Both the position numbers and the translations under genes were made by a program. Below the pieces are notes generated by a model. The model did no database searches. It was given only the letters and a program-made list of their open reading frames with translations, and was not told where the DNA came from. A DNA stretch of 63,058 bases, counting the filler, from Hyphochytrium catenoides (Eukaryota > Protista > Hyphochytriomycota), in NCBI GenBank assembly GCA_900088475.1. It is 6 parts of 6 records of this genome, joined end to end, with 100 filler letters (N's around TTAATTAATTAA, not from the genome) between each part and the next. Parts side by side here need not be neighbours in the genome. Positions count along the whole stretch, not along the records: positions 22,638 to 34,285 come from FLMG01000063.1; positions 34,386 to 49,830 come from FLMG01002276.1; 4 more parts are not named here. The stretch is one strand, 5' to 3'. Below are positions 25,382 to 37,130 of this stretch, one piece after another. Positions within the stretch are counted from its first letter, which is position 1. Every line of letters begins with the position of its first letter.

Positions 25382-28300
25382 CTATATGTGCAGGTATCGC
25401 GGGAGAATCTTCGGCCGCAGGTCCACAGCCTCTAGAAACCTCAAAGGAAACTCTACCAGCTTGCCTCGAATGAGCCCTAACGCCTTCTCTAGCTCTACGG
25501 TGGACTTATCGGACCCGCTGGTGTTCTCTCTCTGGCTCTGTGGTGCCACACAGGAGCACTGACGTATGAGAAGCTCCACGTCCCGACTAGCATCCGTCGC
25601 TCCAGCACCACTCCAGGCCCGTTTAGAGCCAGGAATAGAGAAGGAGGACGAAACGCATGACGAGGAGCTGAGACGTAGGAGGTCTTCCTCTCCTCGGACC
25701 CACCTCCGGCGTCTAACGGCATTATTTCTCAGGACAAAGCGTTGGAGGTTTCGTCGCGGTGACGGGGAGAAAGAGGCATCCCCTTCTTGGAGTTCGCTGC
25801 CAAAGTCTTTAAAGTTAGACGAGTAAACCCAGCCCTCGGCATCTTCTCCTCCACTGCGTACAATCTGCCACTTGGCTGCAGACGTCAGACAATGCAAGTA
25901 AGGGCAGGCGAAATATATCAGACTCGGACATGTGAGAAGCTTATTCTATAGGACAAACGCCGTGGAGCTATAGAAGCCCAGAGAGATAGGGCCAACAGTC
26001 AGAGAGATAGAAGCGCATGCTGAGAGGTAGAGAACTAGAAGCCGAAAAATTGCTCGCTACTTTGACCCGAACCCATGTCTATCAAGGCTCCTGGGCCCTA
26101 ATCGTTTCACACTCTACGACTTACATAGGTCAAGTTGATTCTCATCCAGCGCGGCACCTGCTGCTGTGCACCAGTGCGGCGGATCAGAAGGAAGGAGATG
26201 GCGAGCTGACCAGTCAGAACCAGGCCATGTTTTCGGTCGCGCTCGCTCATGTTCATAGATCCACACGGTGTTCTCGACAAGAAGACCTGCGTCAAGTACT
26301 TCGTCCGCAGGCACAGCCTGGAAGATCTTCCAATAGATCTCAGTATTACGCCGAGCTGTCTGCCGCAATCTCTGCCACGCCGTCTGCGAACAGATATCTA
26401 GCATCGCGCGGTATGCGGCTGTCCGGGTAGTGCGGAGCCCCAGGTGCTCACTGAGAAGGCGCATCCGCAGTCCATGACAGAACTTCCCAAGCTTCTGGGG
26501 CTGGCCATTAAGTGTCCCACAAATAAACTCACTGTCCTCTAGCACTACAGCCATCTCCGAATCCCTGTTGCCCATCATACTACGGTCATTGATGTTGGCC
26601 GAGCCTAAGTTAGAACCGGGAACGCGCAAAGAACGTCAGTGCCATGGAAAGGATCAGGCCAAAGATGGGTGATGAGGATATAACGCCAGTAGATAGACCA
26701 TAGGAGTGCCACAACTCAGGGCCACCACGTCGTAGAGGTTTATAAAAAACAGAACGAGGGCTCTGGATAGCGGGAGAGAGGCGGAGCTACCTATGATGGC
26801 AAGTCTGTCATCTACTATCATCATCTTCGAATGCACGTAGACTTGCTCCGTCACGAACTCGGTTCCCAACCGCTCCCAGCGCCTCAAAGAGAGAAATGCG
26901 ATATATTCCGTCGGATCCCGAACTTTCTCCTGCAGTCGCTCAAGAAGCGAGCTTCCTCCGCGACTGATAGTTTTATACTGAGCATCATGTCAAAAAAGAC
27001 ATCAGTGAGCTAGAGAAGGCAATGGATGAAGCAAGATCTCTCTTGAGAGCCACAAACCTGCCAAAACATCACTGCCCTCAGGTTCGCTGACTCAAAGCCT
27101 CGAGACTGTGTGGAGCCTTCAAAAGCGGGCAAAAGGGGAAGAATAACCAGGACACGGAAAGTTTCCCGTTGCGCCTCCGCCCTTAGGATCCGACGATAGA
27201 GAGCCTCCACCACTCGATTCTCCACTTGAGCGTCACCCGTGAAGCTTGACACAAAGAACTGGTTCTTTGTTGGAGTCAAGAGAAAGACAGAGGCCAAAGC
27301 GGACACTATGAGACACGTACAAATCCAGTGAGAGGAGAATGCTAAGACGAGCCGAGAAAAGTAACCGTTTGGCCTAGAGCCTAGAGTTAACTTGGAAGTC
27401 GTTGCTATAATATGATACTGTGGGAGAGGTCAAAAGAGGCAGCCCCGTCCGAGCGTCGAGAAGACTCGGAGAAAGTTGAAGAGAAGAGTCATCTGGAGAG
27501 CCGTGACGCCGGACTAACCTCTATATATATAAAGTGCTCAGCACGGTCGATGAGCTGGATATAAGCATCCTGAATGCTCCGCTCTGTCCCAACCCCACAG
27601 GACCAAAAGCCGCAGCTTCGGAGCACTTGCACGTGACAACAAGCGGAATGAGGGTCCTCACCTTCCTCTTCCGCTTCTTCATTCGCTCTGTTGCCTCCTT
27701 TCCCCACTAGCGCTAGGCGACTCAATGGGTCAAGCGAGATGGGCAGAAGTGGACAACCGATGCACCGACGCATCTTCGCTACCTCTTCCTCATCCCCTTC
27801 CACGCTGCGAGGAACGCCGGGACAGACTTCCCCCTTCTCGTCAACGACAACCACCACCTCATCATCTTCCCCATCCTCGTCGCTACTCCTTTCTGCCCCA
27901 CTATCTCGCGATTGAGGCCCTGCCTTGACACTGAGGTACGACCCAACTGCAGAAGGGGACGACGAGAGGAACGGGTCTTCTGCGGGGAGAATTGCTGGTG
28001 CAAAGTGTCCACTGCGGAACAGCCACGAGAAGCGCTGAGTGCGGACGAAGTTCCAACGGTGAATGAAATGGCGGCAAATATCCTTCACCGCTGGGCCAAT
28101 GATCCTGTTTCATAAGGGAGGACGAGGCCACAGATGAGTGCGCGGAGTCGTCAGGAGAGAAGGAGGTCAAAATAGCATCCCCGAGAGTTACATGCCATAT
28201 AGAGAGAGATACAGAAGCGTGCATAAAGGATGGGAAGGCAATTTCTGATGCAAGATCTCTGCACATGGGAGCTTACTAGAGGCGAGTATAAGTGGCAGGA

Positions 28301-31300
28301 GGGTTCTCTTCAGGACTGAAACCCAGGCAGGAGGTAGTTGCTTTCCTCCTCCTCCTTGTTCTCTCATTGCTTACCTGCAGTGGACATCATGCCAAGGCAT
28401 CCTCGGGTGCCGCTTTCGGTCTAGCTGATCTGTCCAGGGATCTTTAACATTCACGAAGTCCTTTATTCTGCCATCCAAGAAGCGACAAACAATGAGAGGG
28501 CTTTAGCTCCTAGCGAGTGAGAGAGGACACAATGTAGCGTTATCAAGGCGGGACCATGGGCCATCCATATGGCACCGTCAGGATTGATGGATAAAGCTAA
28601 GGACTCCCCCTTAGATAGAGGACGATAATAGAAGTTGCGTCCGGTCTTCACACAAACCTTGGATTAGAGTAGTCCTTCCCCGGCCACGTCTCTTTCTGCA
28701 CATCTGCAATGGCCAGTTAAAAGCAAACCGAATGAGATCTCTAGGCGAAGCTACAATGCTGTAAATGCCTCCGCTGGCAGAGCCTTTGATGCAACCCAGC
28801 TGGTAGATATAGAACAGAGAAGGCGATGAGAATTACAACGGATACCTGAAAGAAAGTGACAGGGCGTGTCATATCGGCCTAGACAGAGGTCAAGCCCACC
28901 TACAAAGCCGATCCGTTGGTCCACGACCACGAGCTTCTCATGATGGGACCTACAGGACGCCCACCTTAGTAAAAACGGGGAAGAGAACAAGAAGAGGGAG
29001 AAACAGAGCAAGATGGAGGTTGGCAATGGAGAACGAACAGGGAGGCACAAGAAAGAAATGAAGACGCTGGCTTCCTCTCACCAAAAACCGAGGTGTGAAA
29101 GGATAAAATCCGGCCACCGCAGGACGTGAATGTTCTGATGCAGGGATCGAAGAGAATGCTTGGTATGCCAACTATCGTTGGGCAGGGCGATCTTCACCTC
29201 TTTAAAGAGCAAGACATAGACCTGGACAGGACGTAGGCAAGTTAACGGTGCTTAAGACCAAGCCAGCATCAAAGGGAAGACCAATAATGGAGCCACACAC
29301 GACAGCCAACTGGTTAGTTGGCTGTCGCCATGGGTGTCTATGGCTTGTTGGCGAGTTTACCTGGACGCCTTGCTCCGCCTTCTCTCTTAGAACTCTGTCT
29401 AGTCTTGTACTGTCTTTTGGCGATTCTCCCCGTACCAGGAAGAGCTCTGGGGTAAGCCACCACCCTGCCAAGAATATCTCTCTTTGCGCCAGCTGCAGGG
29501 CTTCAAGCATCGCGCGGTAAGTCTCTTCTCCGTCAACCAAATGCGTGCAGTAGTTGCGATACTTCTTTCTCTGTCCGTCCTCATTCTCAGCTTCATACAA
29601 TGCCGGCCGCCGTGGGGCAAACGAGGAAAAGGAAGAGGCTTCTCTGGCTCGTTTAGAGTACTCTCCGAGGCTCAGCGCTTCCTGCAGGGCCTGAAAAAAT
29701 GCTCTCTGTTGGTGCTGAGAGCCGGCACTCAACTCTAGTGTGAATGTCTGTGTTCGGACTACCAAGCCATGAATGAGGAGACGGTAGAGACCTGCGGTCC
29801 ATAGTTGCACAATACACCAGTGGAAAGAGTTGGGTTAGAGCAGAGACTAACCAGAGCTCTGTTGGGTCCATAACGGAAAGAATAGAGTAGAGTTGACATC
29901 AGCTAGAGAAGAATGACTCTTTCTCTTACCTCTCCGCAGAAGGCCCCTCTTCTCCACCACTGTAGTGTCATCTAACAGCACTACGTGGGAGGGAAGGGTG
30001 CTGGTGCGATGCTTGTAGAAGGCGATGCATGAAGGCTTCACTACTGCCCAATAGCGTATCCTAAGGAAGTAGTTCCGCAGAGAGAGAAAGAAGAAGAAGA
30101 GAGGGACCAACGAGGCGAGCAGGATGCAGACCGAAAAGGTCCAATCCCAGGTAACGTTCACCTCCTTTCCCTCCACAAAGTTCTTAGTGAAGATGACGGT
30201 GGCCAGGGTGAAGGGAAGAGCAAACAAAAGGGATAGCGCTAGGGTCTGGACGCATGCGTAAAGCTTCCTTCGGGTGAGAGTGACCCCAAGAAACTTTTGC
30301 GTCCCTTCTTCCTCTTCCTGTGCTTTGCTCCCTCTATTAAGTGTTAGACGCATATGCACCACCCCTTCCTTCAAGGAATGCCCGTAGGCGCGAGAGAAGG
30401 TGGTGGATCCGACCCCTAGGAGGGCCATTAGCTTGGGATGACTGCAATAGATACATTCAAGGGTTCAGGCGGACCTTTTAGAAGGCAAAAGACATGAGCA
30501 GACACGCAGCGGCACCTCAGAGGAGGAGAAAGAAAACGCTAACGAAAGGATTACTTCGAGGGTCCGGGAGCCAAGCCTTTGTAAGGCAAGTGGCAACGAT
30601 TAGAGAAGCAAAAGAGCGACACTACCGGCGGAAATGATAGAGAAGCTGAGGGTTAGCAGAGAGGATGAGGGAGTAAGAGAGGTGCAACGGATCTCAGGAG
30701 AGCGATGGAGAACAGAGTGAACAGCAGAATGAAGAGACACTCTAGTAGTCCTTATGATTGTCCGCCCGTTGCGGCGTCTTACCCACGGGTTCTCTTGTTT
30801 AACAGCAGCGCCGTCAGCACTTTCTCAACCATCTCGCTATCTTTCGCCCTTTCCCGCGCTGGCTTTGCCTGCAGCAGCTCTGGTGGAATGCCATAGAAGT
30901 GGCTTAAGAGCCGCATGGATTCGACGCTAAGTAGCAAGCCCAGCAGGTCCCGTGCACGGATATGCGTCTTCCACTCGAAGCCGTCCACAGAGATCTAACT
31001 CAAGGGTCACGCACACATATCAAGGAGATGAAAGAGGCGCCAGGGGTCAGGCATGAGGAACTGAACAAGGGAGAAGTTGATAGAGTAAAGAAAGACAGCA
31101 AAGAGAGAAGACAGCAGAAGAGAAAGAACAAAGAACGTGGCAGAGGAAGGAGAGAGCTTGAAGGAAGAACGCAAGAGGGAGAGAGAGATGAAAGGAAAGA
31201 GTAACAAAGAGAGAGCGCAGGAAGAGCTAAGACTTCTAGGGAAGACAGGCATCACAGTCAAACAGAGACATTAAGGAAGACGATAAATACGAGCCAAGGA

Positions 31301-32417
31301 GACAAGGACGTTGCTATAATCTAGGCTCTGTTCGATCCTTTCTTCGGCGTCCAGCTGACCTGCACAACGAAGACGCAAGTGGAAGAGAGACAGCCCTTCA
31401 ATATCCACGTCTCCACCACCTTCACCTGCGGGATGCCGCGCTGTCGCCGTCGACGAGTGCGGAAGTGATGAGTCAGCAAGTGGTTGTCAGTTCCTATAGA
31501 ACAGCTAAGCAGACAACATTCAGAGCAAGAAGAACTTTGCTCTTCAGAATAGTGCCGCAAGCGAGGGTTGCCGAGAGAGAAGCGTAGAAAGAGACAGACA
31601 GAGGGAGAGAAAGATGGAGCCGCGAGAAGATATGATGAGACAGTGAAGCAGAACCGGAGGTGCAAGCAGAGATTTATCAACTTACAAGCTTCACTTCGTC
31701 CAACCTCTCGCCCTCCTTCTTATTCTTCCAGCCCCAGGGCTCAAACATCTCTCGTGTTCTCTCTAAAGCCGATGGCTCAGCAGTCCTAGGAGTGGCAAGC
31801 GGATGCGGTGGCTCTGCCGGCTCTTCCCCATGGAGGGAGGAGAGAAGACGAGCAGAAGTGCGAGAGTGTCTGCTGAAAGAGAGGAGAAATCCTCGAGTCC
31901 CAGGCGTCCCCGGAAGCTGAGGTGCCGAAGGAGGCCGAGGAGAGAGGGGAGCCTCGGGTCCATAGTAGCTGATCAAACGACGGAGCCTGAGAGTCTGAGG
32001 CAGTGAGGAGCTTGTGACAATTCTTGCTTGGCCTCTTTCTCTCTCTTCCTCTCTCTCCTCCTCTTCACTGCCTTCCGGCTCTTCCTCTCTGCGCCCATTG
32101 TTGCTATTTACGCCGAGTTGCACTGAGACATCTTCCTGCACCGTCAGAGCGGTGGCAGGAGAGGTCGTGAGAGATTCATAGCGGCGGAAGGCAGGAGCAG
32201 AAGACAACAGTGCAGCGGCGTCTTCTCCTCGTCCTTCTTCCAGATCTCCTAGGGTCCCACCCTCAGTGAGTGGCGGGGTCTCCTGGACAGGGTGAAGCCT
32301 CCCATAGTTGACAGAGTTATAAAGCTCGTTGTAGAGCGCACTGCTCTCTCTTTCCTCCTCCTTCTCTTCTTCTTCCGCCCCGCTAAGCGCAGCCTGCTGC
32401 CGTCTGTTACTTGCCAT
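25382..32417 (-). CDS. Phospholipase D (PX/PH, PLD1/PLD-zeta type) with two TM helices and a DysF-like insertion, multi-exon
   Basis: HKD1 SHHEKLVVVDQRIGFVGGLDLCLGRYD; HKD2 VYVHSKMMIVDD...GSANINDRS; IFLAGWWLTPEL; PRMPWHD; HFIYIE|NQFF; C-terminal IRGKLVEFPLRFL. The 5' exon structure is less certain. Confidence 0.93.
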
Positions 32418-32989
32418 GGCGGCGGTTGCCTCCTCTTCACGCCGCTAGCACAGCTTCAGAGGCTTCACTTTGAAGTCATGGATTGCTACTGAGCCCCTTG
32501 AGACGAAGCCTCGTCTGGTGCGCTAAAGAACCTCTCCTTAGGATAACCGCCCTCACCCTCTCAAGACGTTCTGCTCTGTGCACGTTCCTTCTTCCGATGC
32601 TCAATCCTTCTTTCTACGGTGTCAGCCATTCATCTAGCACAGTGCTGGTCTACGCTTCTCACTGATGTTCGCCTGCCCCGNNNNNNNNNNNNNNGAGAGA
32701 GAGAGAGAGAGAGAGAGAGAAGAAAGGGTGGATCGTCAAGATGACTGACGGGTGCCGGAGGACGGACGGGGAGGCAGGGAAGGAAGAAGCAGAAGGGAGG
32801 AGAAAGGACAGCTGCGGGGGGTTGATGACAGGGCTGCTGTTACGAATCTTAGGTAGTGATATTCCGGATCATTAACACCGGTCTTATTGTTGGAGGTTAC
32901 AAGACTCTCGTACGGCGACAGATGATTCCGAATACCAAAGGTAGTGGAGGATGTTTGGAGGAGACGAGGGAAGAAAGTGAAAGGTCATG

Positions 32990-33830
32990 GCCCAGCGGCA
33001 CCAGGACCAGGAGCACCAGGACCAGGAGCACCAGCTTCAGGGACAGCACCAGCCCCAGCCCCAGCACCAGCCCCAGGACCAGCAGCATTGAGTTCAGGAT
33101 CAGCCCAGCTCCAGCACCATCATTAGCATCAGGATGAGCACCAGGAGTATTAGGACCAGCATCCACACCCCTTAGTCATCACCAGCAGCAGCCGCAGTAC
33201 CAGCAGCATCAGGATAAGCACCAGCAGAATCAGGATCAGCAGCAGCAGCATCGGATAAAGGATCAGCAGCAGCAGAATCAGGATCAGCACCAGCAGCAGG
33301 ATCAGTAAAGGATCAGCAGCAGCTGCAGCAGGATCAGCACCAGCAACAGCACTAGCAACAGCCACCACTAGCAGCAACAGCAGCAACACCAGCAGCAGCA
33401 GGATCAGCAACAGCAGCAGCAGGATCAGCACCAGCAGTATCATGACCAGAATCCGCAGCAGCACCAGATTCTAACAGCAGTTTCCAGGATGGCACGAGCA
33501 CCCCCACCAGCATTAGCACCAGTCCCGCTTCAGCATCGCACCGCACCAGCAGCATCAGCACTAGCAGTATCCAGAATCAGTATCCACAGCAGCACCCAAA
33601 TCCTAACAGCAGCTTTCAGGACAGCCCTAGCACCAGCACCAGGATCAGCACCAGCCCCGATAGCAGCATCAGCATCAGCACCAGGGCCAGAATCAGGATC
33701 AGGATCAGGATCAGCAACGACACTAGATCCTAACAGCAGCTTCGACATTAGCGCCAGCACGGGCAGCGGCAGCATCATCGTGAGGGTCAGCAGCAGCGCT
33801 TAGTCATAGCAGCAGCTTCCAGCATCAGCG
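32990..33830 (+). repeat. Low-complexity CAG/CAC/GAT-based degenerate minisatellite (Pro/Ala/Gly/Ser-type codons, frame-broken)
   Basis: Repeated CAGCACCAG, CAGCAGCAG and CAGGATCAG units; no long consistent ORF. Confidence 0.75.
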
Positions 33831-34385
33831 ACACCAACTGCATGGGTGAGCAGCAACCTCCGGCACTTTCCTCACCAAAGGGCGCCAATAGCCGTGAGCA
33901 CCAGCGGCACAGACGCCCGCCAGCAGTCCATGCTCACACGCAGCAGCAGCATCAAGTAGGAGTAGTGCCAAGAGACGCTACCCGCCAGCTAGCGAGTCGA
34001 GGGCCAGCATGAGATCCGTGGATCTGAGGGTGAAACTGCATCAACAAGCTCAAGCGAGCAGGGAGCAGACGTCCAACTCAAGACACTTGGGCTACAGGGC
34101 CATCATAACATAGCAGCTTTCTGGAGATAATACTCCTTCCTTATCTTCTTCGGGTACACTGCCCCCGACCATGCCTTTCGCGAGTCCAGGGATCACTTTT
34201 ATAACGGACAACAGGGACCTGAGGGCATGAGGTTGATGGGCTGATCAGAGCATCAGAGACATACCGACAACTATATATATATATANNNNNNNNNNNNNNN
34301 NNNNNNNNNNNNNNNNNNNNNNNNNNNNNTTAATTAATTAANNNNNNNNNNNNNNNNNNNNNNNNNNNNNNNNNNNNNNNNNNNN

Positions 34386-35475
34386 GCTGCACGGGTCAGG
34401 GCGGTGATTGGCGGCATGGGTCGCTACGCAGTGTGGTTGGGGAGCTCCAACTTCCCCCTACTTGCTGGTGGTTGCGTTATAACCTTCAAGCAGACGACTT
34501 GGAGCTCCCTTCCCTCTGTGGACCCATGAACAGACAGCCATGAATAAGTCCAACAACCACTTCGGTGGGTGATCCAGAACCTCCTTTGGCTTGGAACTTT
34601 GTTAGCAGGTACGACGTTTTAGAGACTAACTTTGGGTTGTTCGTAGGTGGGGTTGCGGCCCCACTCCTGCCTGGTCTGGCTGTCATGGCAAGACAGATGA
34701 ACCATCTTCACAAGATAGTAGTCTCATGTGCCTTGTCATGCCAGCCAGATCCGGCAGGGGTAGAACTATAACTGCTTGTCAATGATTTCTTGATAATGAA
34801 CAGCTATCTACAAGTAAGAGTGAGTTTAGTTTACGTCTTCTAAGTCTCATTAGTAGACTAATATTATTCAGAGACTACTTGTTGAGGGACAGCGACTTTT
34901 ATTGTCATCAAGTGTTTGCTGCAACTTCTGTCATCATCTCCTCCCTTTTGTTGCGTTTTGCGGCGTTCCCAGCCTTGTCCTTGACATAGTTGGCCTGGCC
35001 TGTGAACGAACTATGCTTAGCAGTGATGGATACCAGAGTCATAGTTCTAGATCTTCATAGTTGTTAACGTTACATTGTATCTTTGAGCGTCTGATCGTAT
35101 CGAATATGGTCCACGGCAGCTATCATCTGCTATTTACTCTGAGGCCAACTTTGCATTAAGTCTCCTGGCTTTTTCCATAGCCTTTGCGCAGCCTGGTCCT
35201 GTTACATATATATGGCCCATCAAAGGCTGGATCTGTTATGTAGCCCATTAAAGAGGCTCGTGATGAGATGATCTGAATAACCTCGCTCCGTCCGTGCACA
35301 GAACCTGGATTAGGAGCGACCACAAGAATATCAGGCAATGCAAAAAGCCCTCATCTCTGTCAACTGATAAAGGAGTGAAGACGAAGATGCAAAGTCCCTC
35401 CCAAGATCAATGAAAGTCCCCTGACTCAGACTTGACAAACACATACACTCTAAATCGTCGCTTAGTGATCAGCGA
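34386..35475 (-). repeat. Left copy of a ~1.1-kb repeat, inverted relative to the copy at 48600-49830
   Basis: The reverse complement matches 49830 back to ~49390 closely and patchily to ~48600. Both copies share the small MTARPGRSGAATPPTNNPKLVSK ORF and the GGACGGA.CGAGGTTATTCAG motif. Confidence 0.92.
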
Positions 35476-35483
35476 GAATGGAA

Positions 35484-37130
35484 TGTCGAGAACCCTTTTC
35501 CTCCAGGGTTTCCATGGCAAGAGATACTCTTCTCCTTGATTCCTTGTCCTACTTACTTTTTTCATTACTTTCTCGAGAACTTTGTTCTTACTTCATGAAC
35601 ATTGGCTCTTTCCGACTTTACTTCTTCCGTTCCTCCTGACCACCAATCTCAGATGCCGATTCTCTTTTCCGAGACCACGGATCTCTTGATGACCATTCAA
35701 TGATCTCTAACACTCTCTGCTCTCTCTTCCTTAGAGTGTTTCTCTCTCCGTTTTCTCTCTTGCATATCGACTTCATAGTTTTGCATATTTAGGCATTATA
35801 GCACCTAAGGACTTCTAGTCGATCAAGCTCTCCTCGAGCTCATAATCTTCATTAACCTCATAGTGCTATTTGCACCACAACGAAGAAGAGCTTCCAACCA
35901 ACCTTGTCATCTCATCAGGTTCTTAATGGCCTACTCTTCTTTTACCAGACATCTACCATCATCATGGACTCCTCCACGTCTTCCCTCTCCACTTCCATTG
36001 AGAAGCTGACAGGAGCTGCAAATTACTTTGAATGGGAGCAGCACATGCAACTTCTACTAATGAAGGCGATCGCTGGGACATCATTGTCGAGGACGAAGTT
36101 TATGAGAGTTCATCTTCTGCTTCTGGCGAAGGTGGTGCTTCACAAGCAGAAGCATCCCCTACACCCTATCTCACTCAGTCAACTAGCATGTCCATTGTTA
36201 GGAAGCGGAACAGAGCCTTCGCTCTCATGGGTCTCTGTATGAGCAATTCTCTACTCAGCTACGTCCGTGCGCAAAACCAGATCCATCCTTCCTCTGGAAC
36301 AGCCTTCGCAGGAAATACGAGCGACCAACTATAGCCCCCGCCCTGTACCTACAGGAGGATCAGTTTGCATCCATTCGTCTGAAGAAAGCGGGGACATGCA
36401 GGGTACCTGATCAGGATCCAAACGGCGGTGGACAAGCTTGAAGGAGCATTGTTCCCAGTATCGGAGACCACGCAAGTCACTAGAGTCCTCGAAGGCTTTC
36501 TTCCAGAGGAAGAATACGACTCGCTGGTCCCGAGCGTTGAAAGAAAAGAAATACTGACGCTGGATGAGGTAACTAACTTCCGGACCAATCTCACATCAGG
36601 CTGACAAATGTTGAAGTCAAAATCATCGCAATATGAAAGACGACCACACCCTGTAAACGGGATCAACCAACCGTTCTCCTACCTCCCCGTCTTCCCAACC
36701 TCAACGCCCGCAGGACTCAGCCCCCAAGCCCTGGTGCCGCTACTGTAAGAAAGCCAATAATCAAACCATCAATAAGTGCCGAAAGAAAAAGCTCAGCGAT
36801 CAGAAGCGTCAGCAGCAGCCAGATCAGCCAGGCAAACTAAGCCTGGACAGCATCCACGTGCGATTCAAGCCGAACCACGACCCATCAGAATCGCTGACAA
36901 TGGCGTCGTCTTCGATACTGGGGTCGGTAGCATCCATCTTCGCTCGACCGTCTCGTTCGATAACGAGCTTCAACCCCGGGAAGTTATTCTGACAAACGTC
37001 CTCTACATCGAGAACTATCCCGAAAATCTCTTCTCTGTCTCTCAAGCCTCTTCTAAGGGCTACCTGCCATCTCATCATGGAAAACATAGGATCAATGACC
37101 ACCTCAATCTCTATAATACGAATTCTTAGC
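35484..37130 (+). mobile_element. Degenerate Ty1/copia LTR retrotransposon 5' part (putative LTR 35484-35917, gag, zinc knuckle, protease region)
   Basis: IEKLTGAANYFEWEQHMQLLL / DRWDIIVE (copia gag N-terminus, frameshifted); WCRYCKKANNQTINKC (degenerate CCHC); IRIADNG...GVGSI...LTNVLYIENYPENLFSVSQ (copia post-protease region); a TG...CA segment followed by GGTT. Confidence 0.85.
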
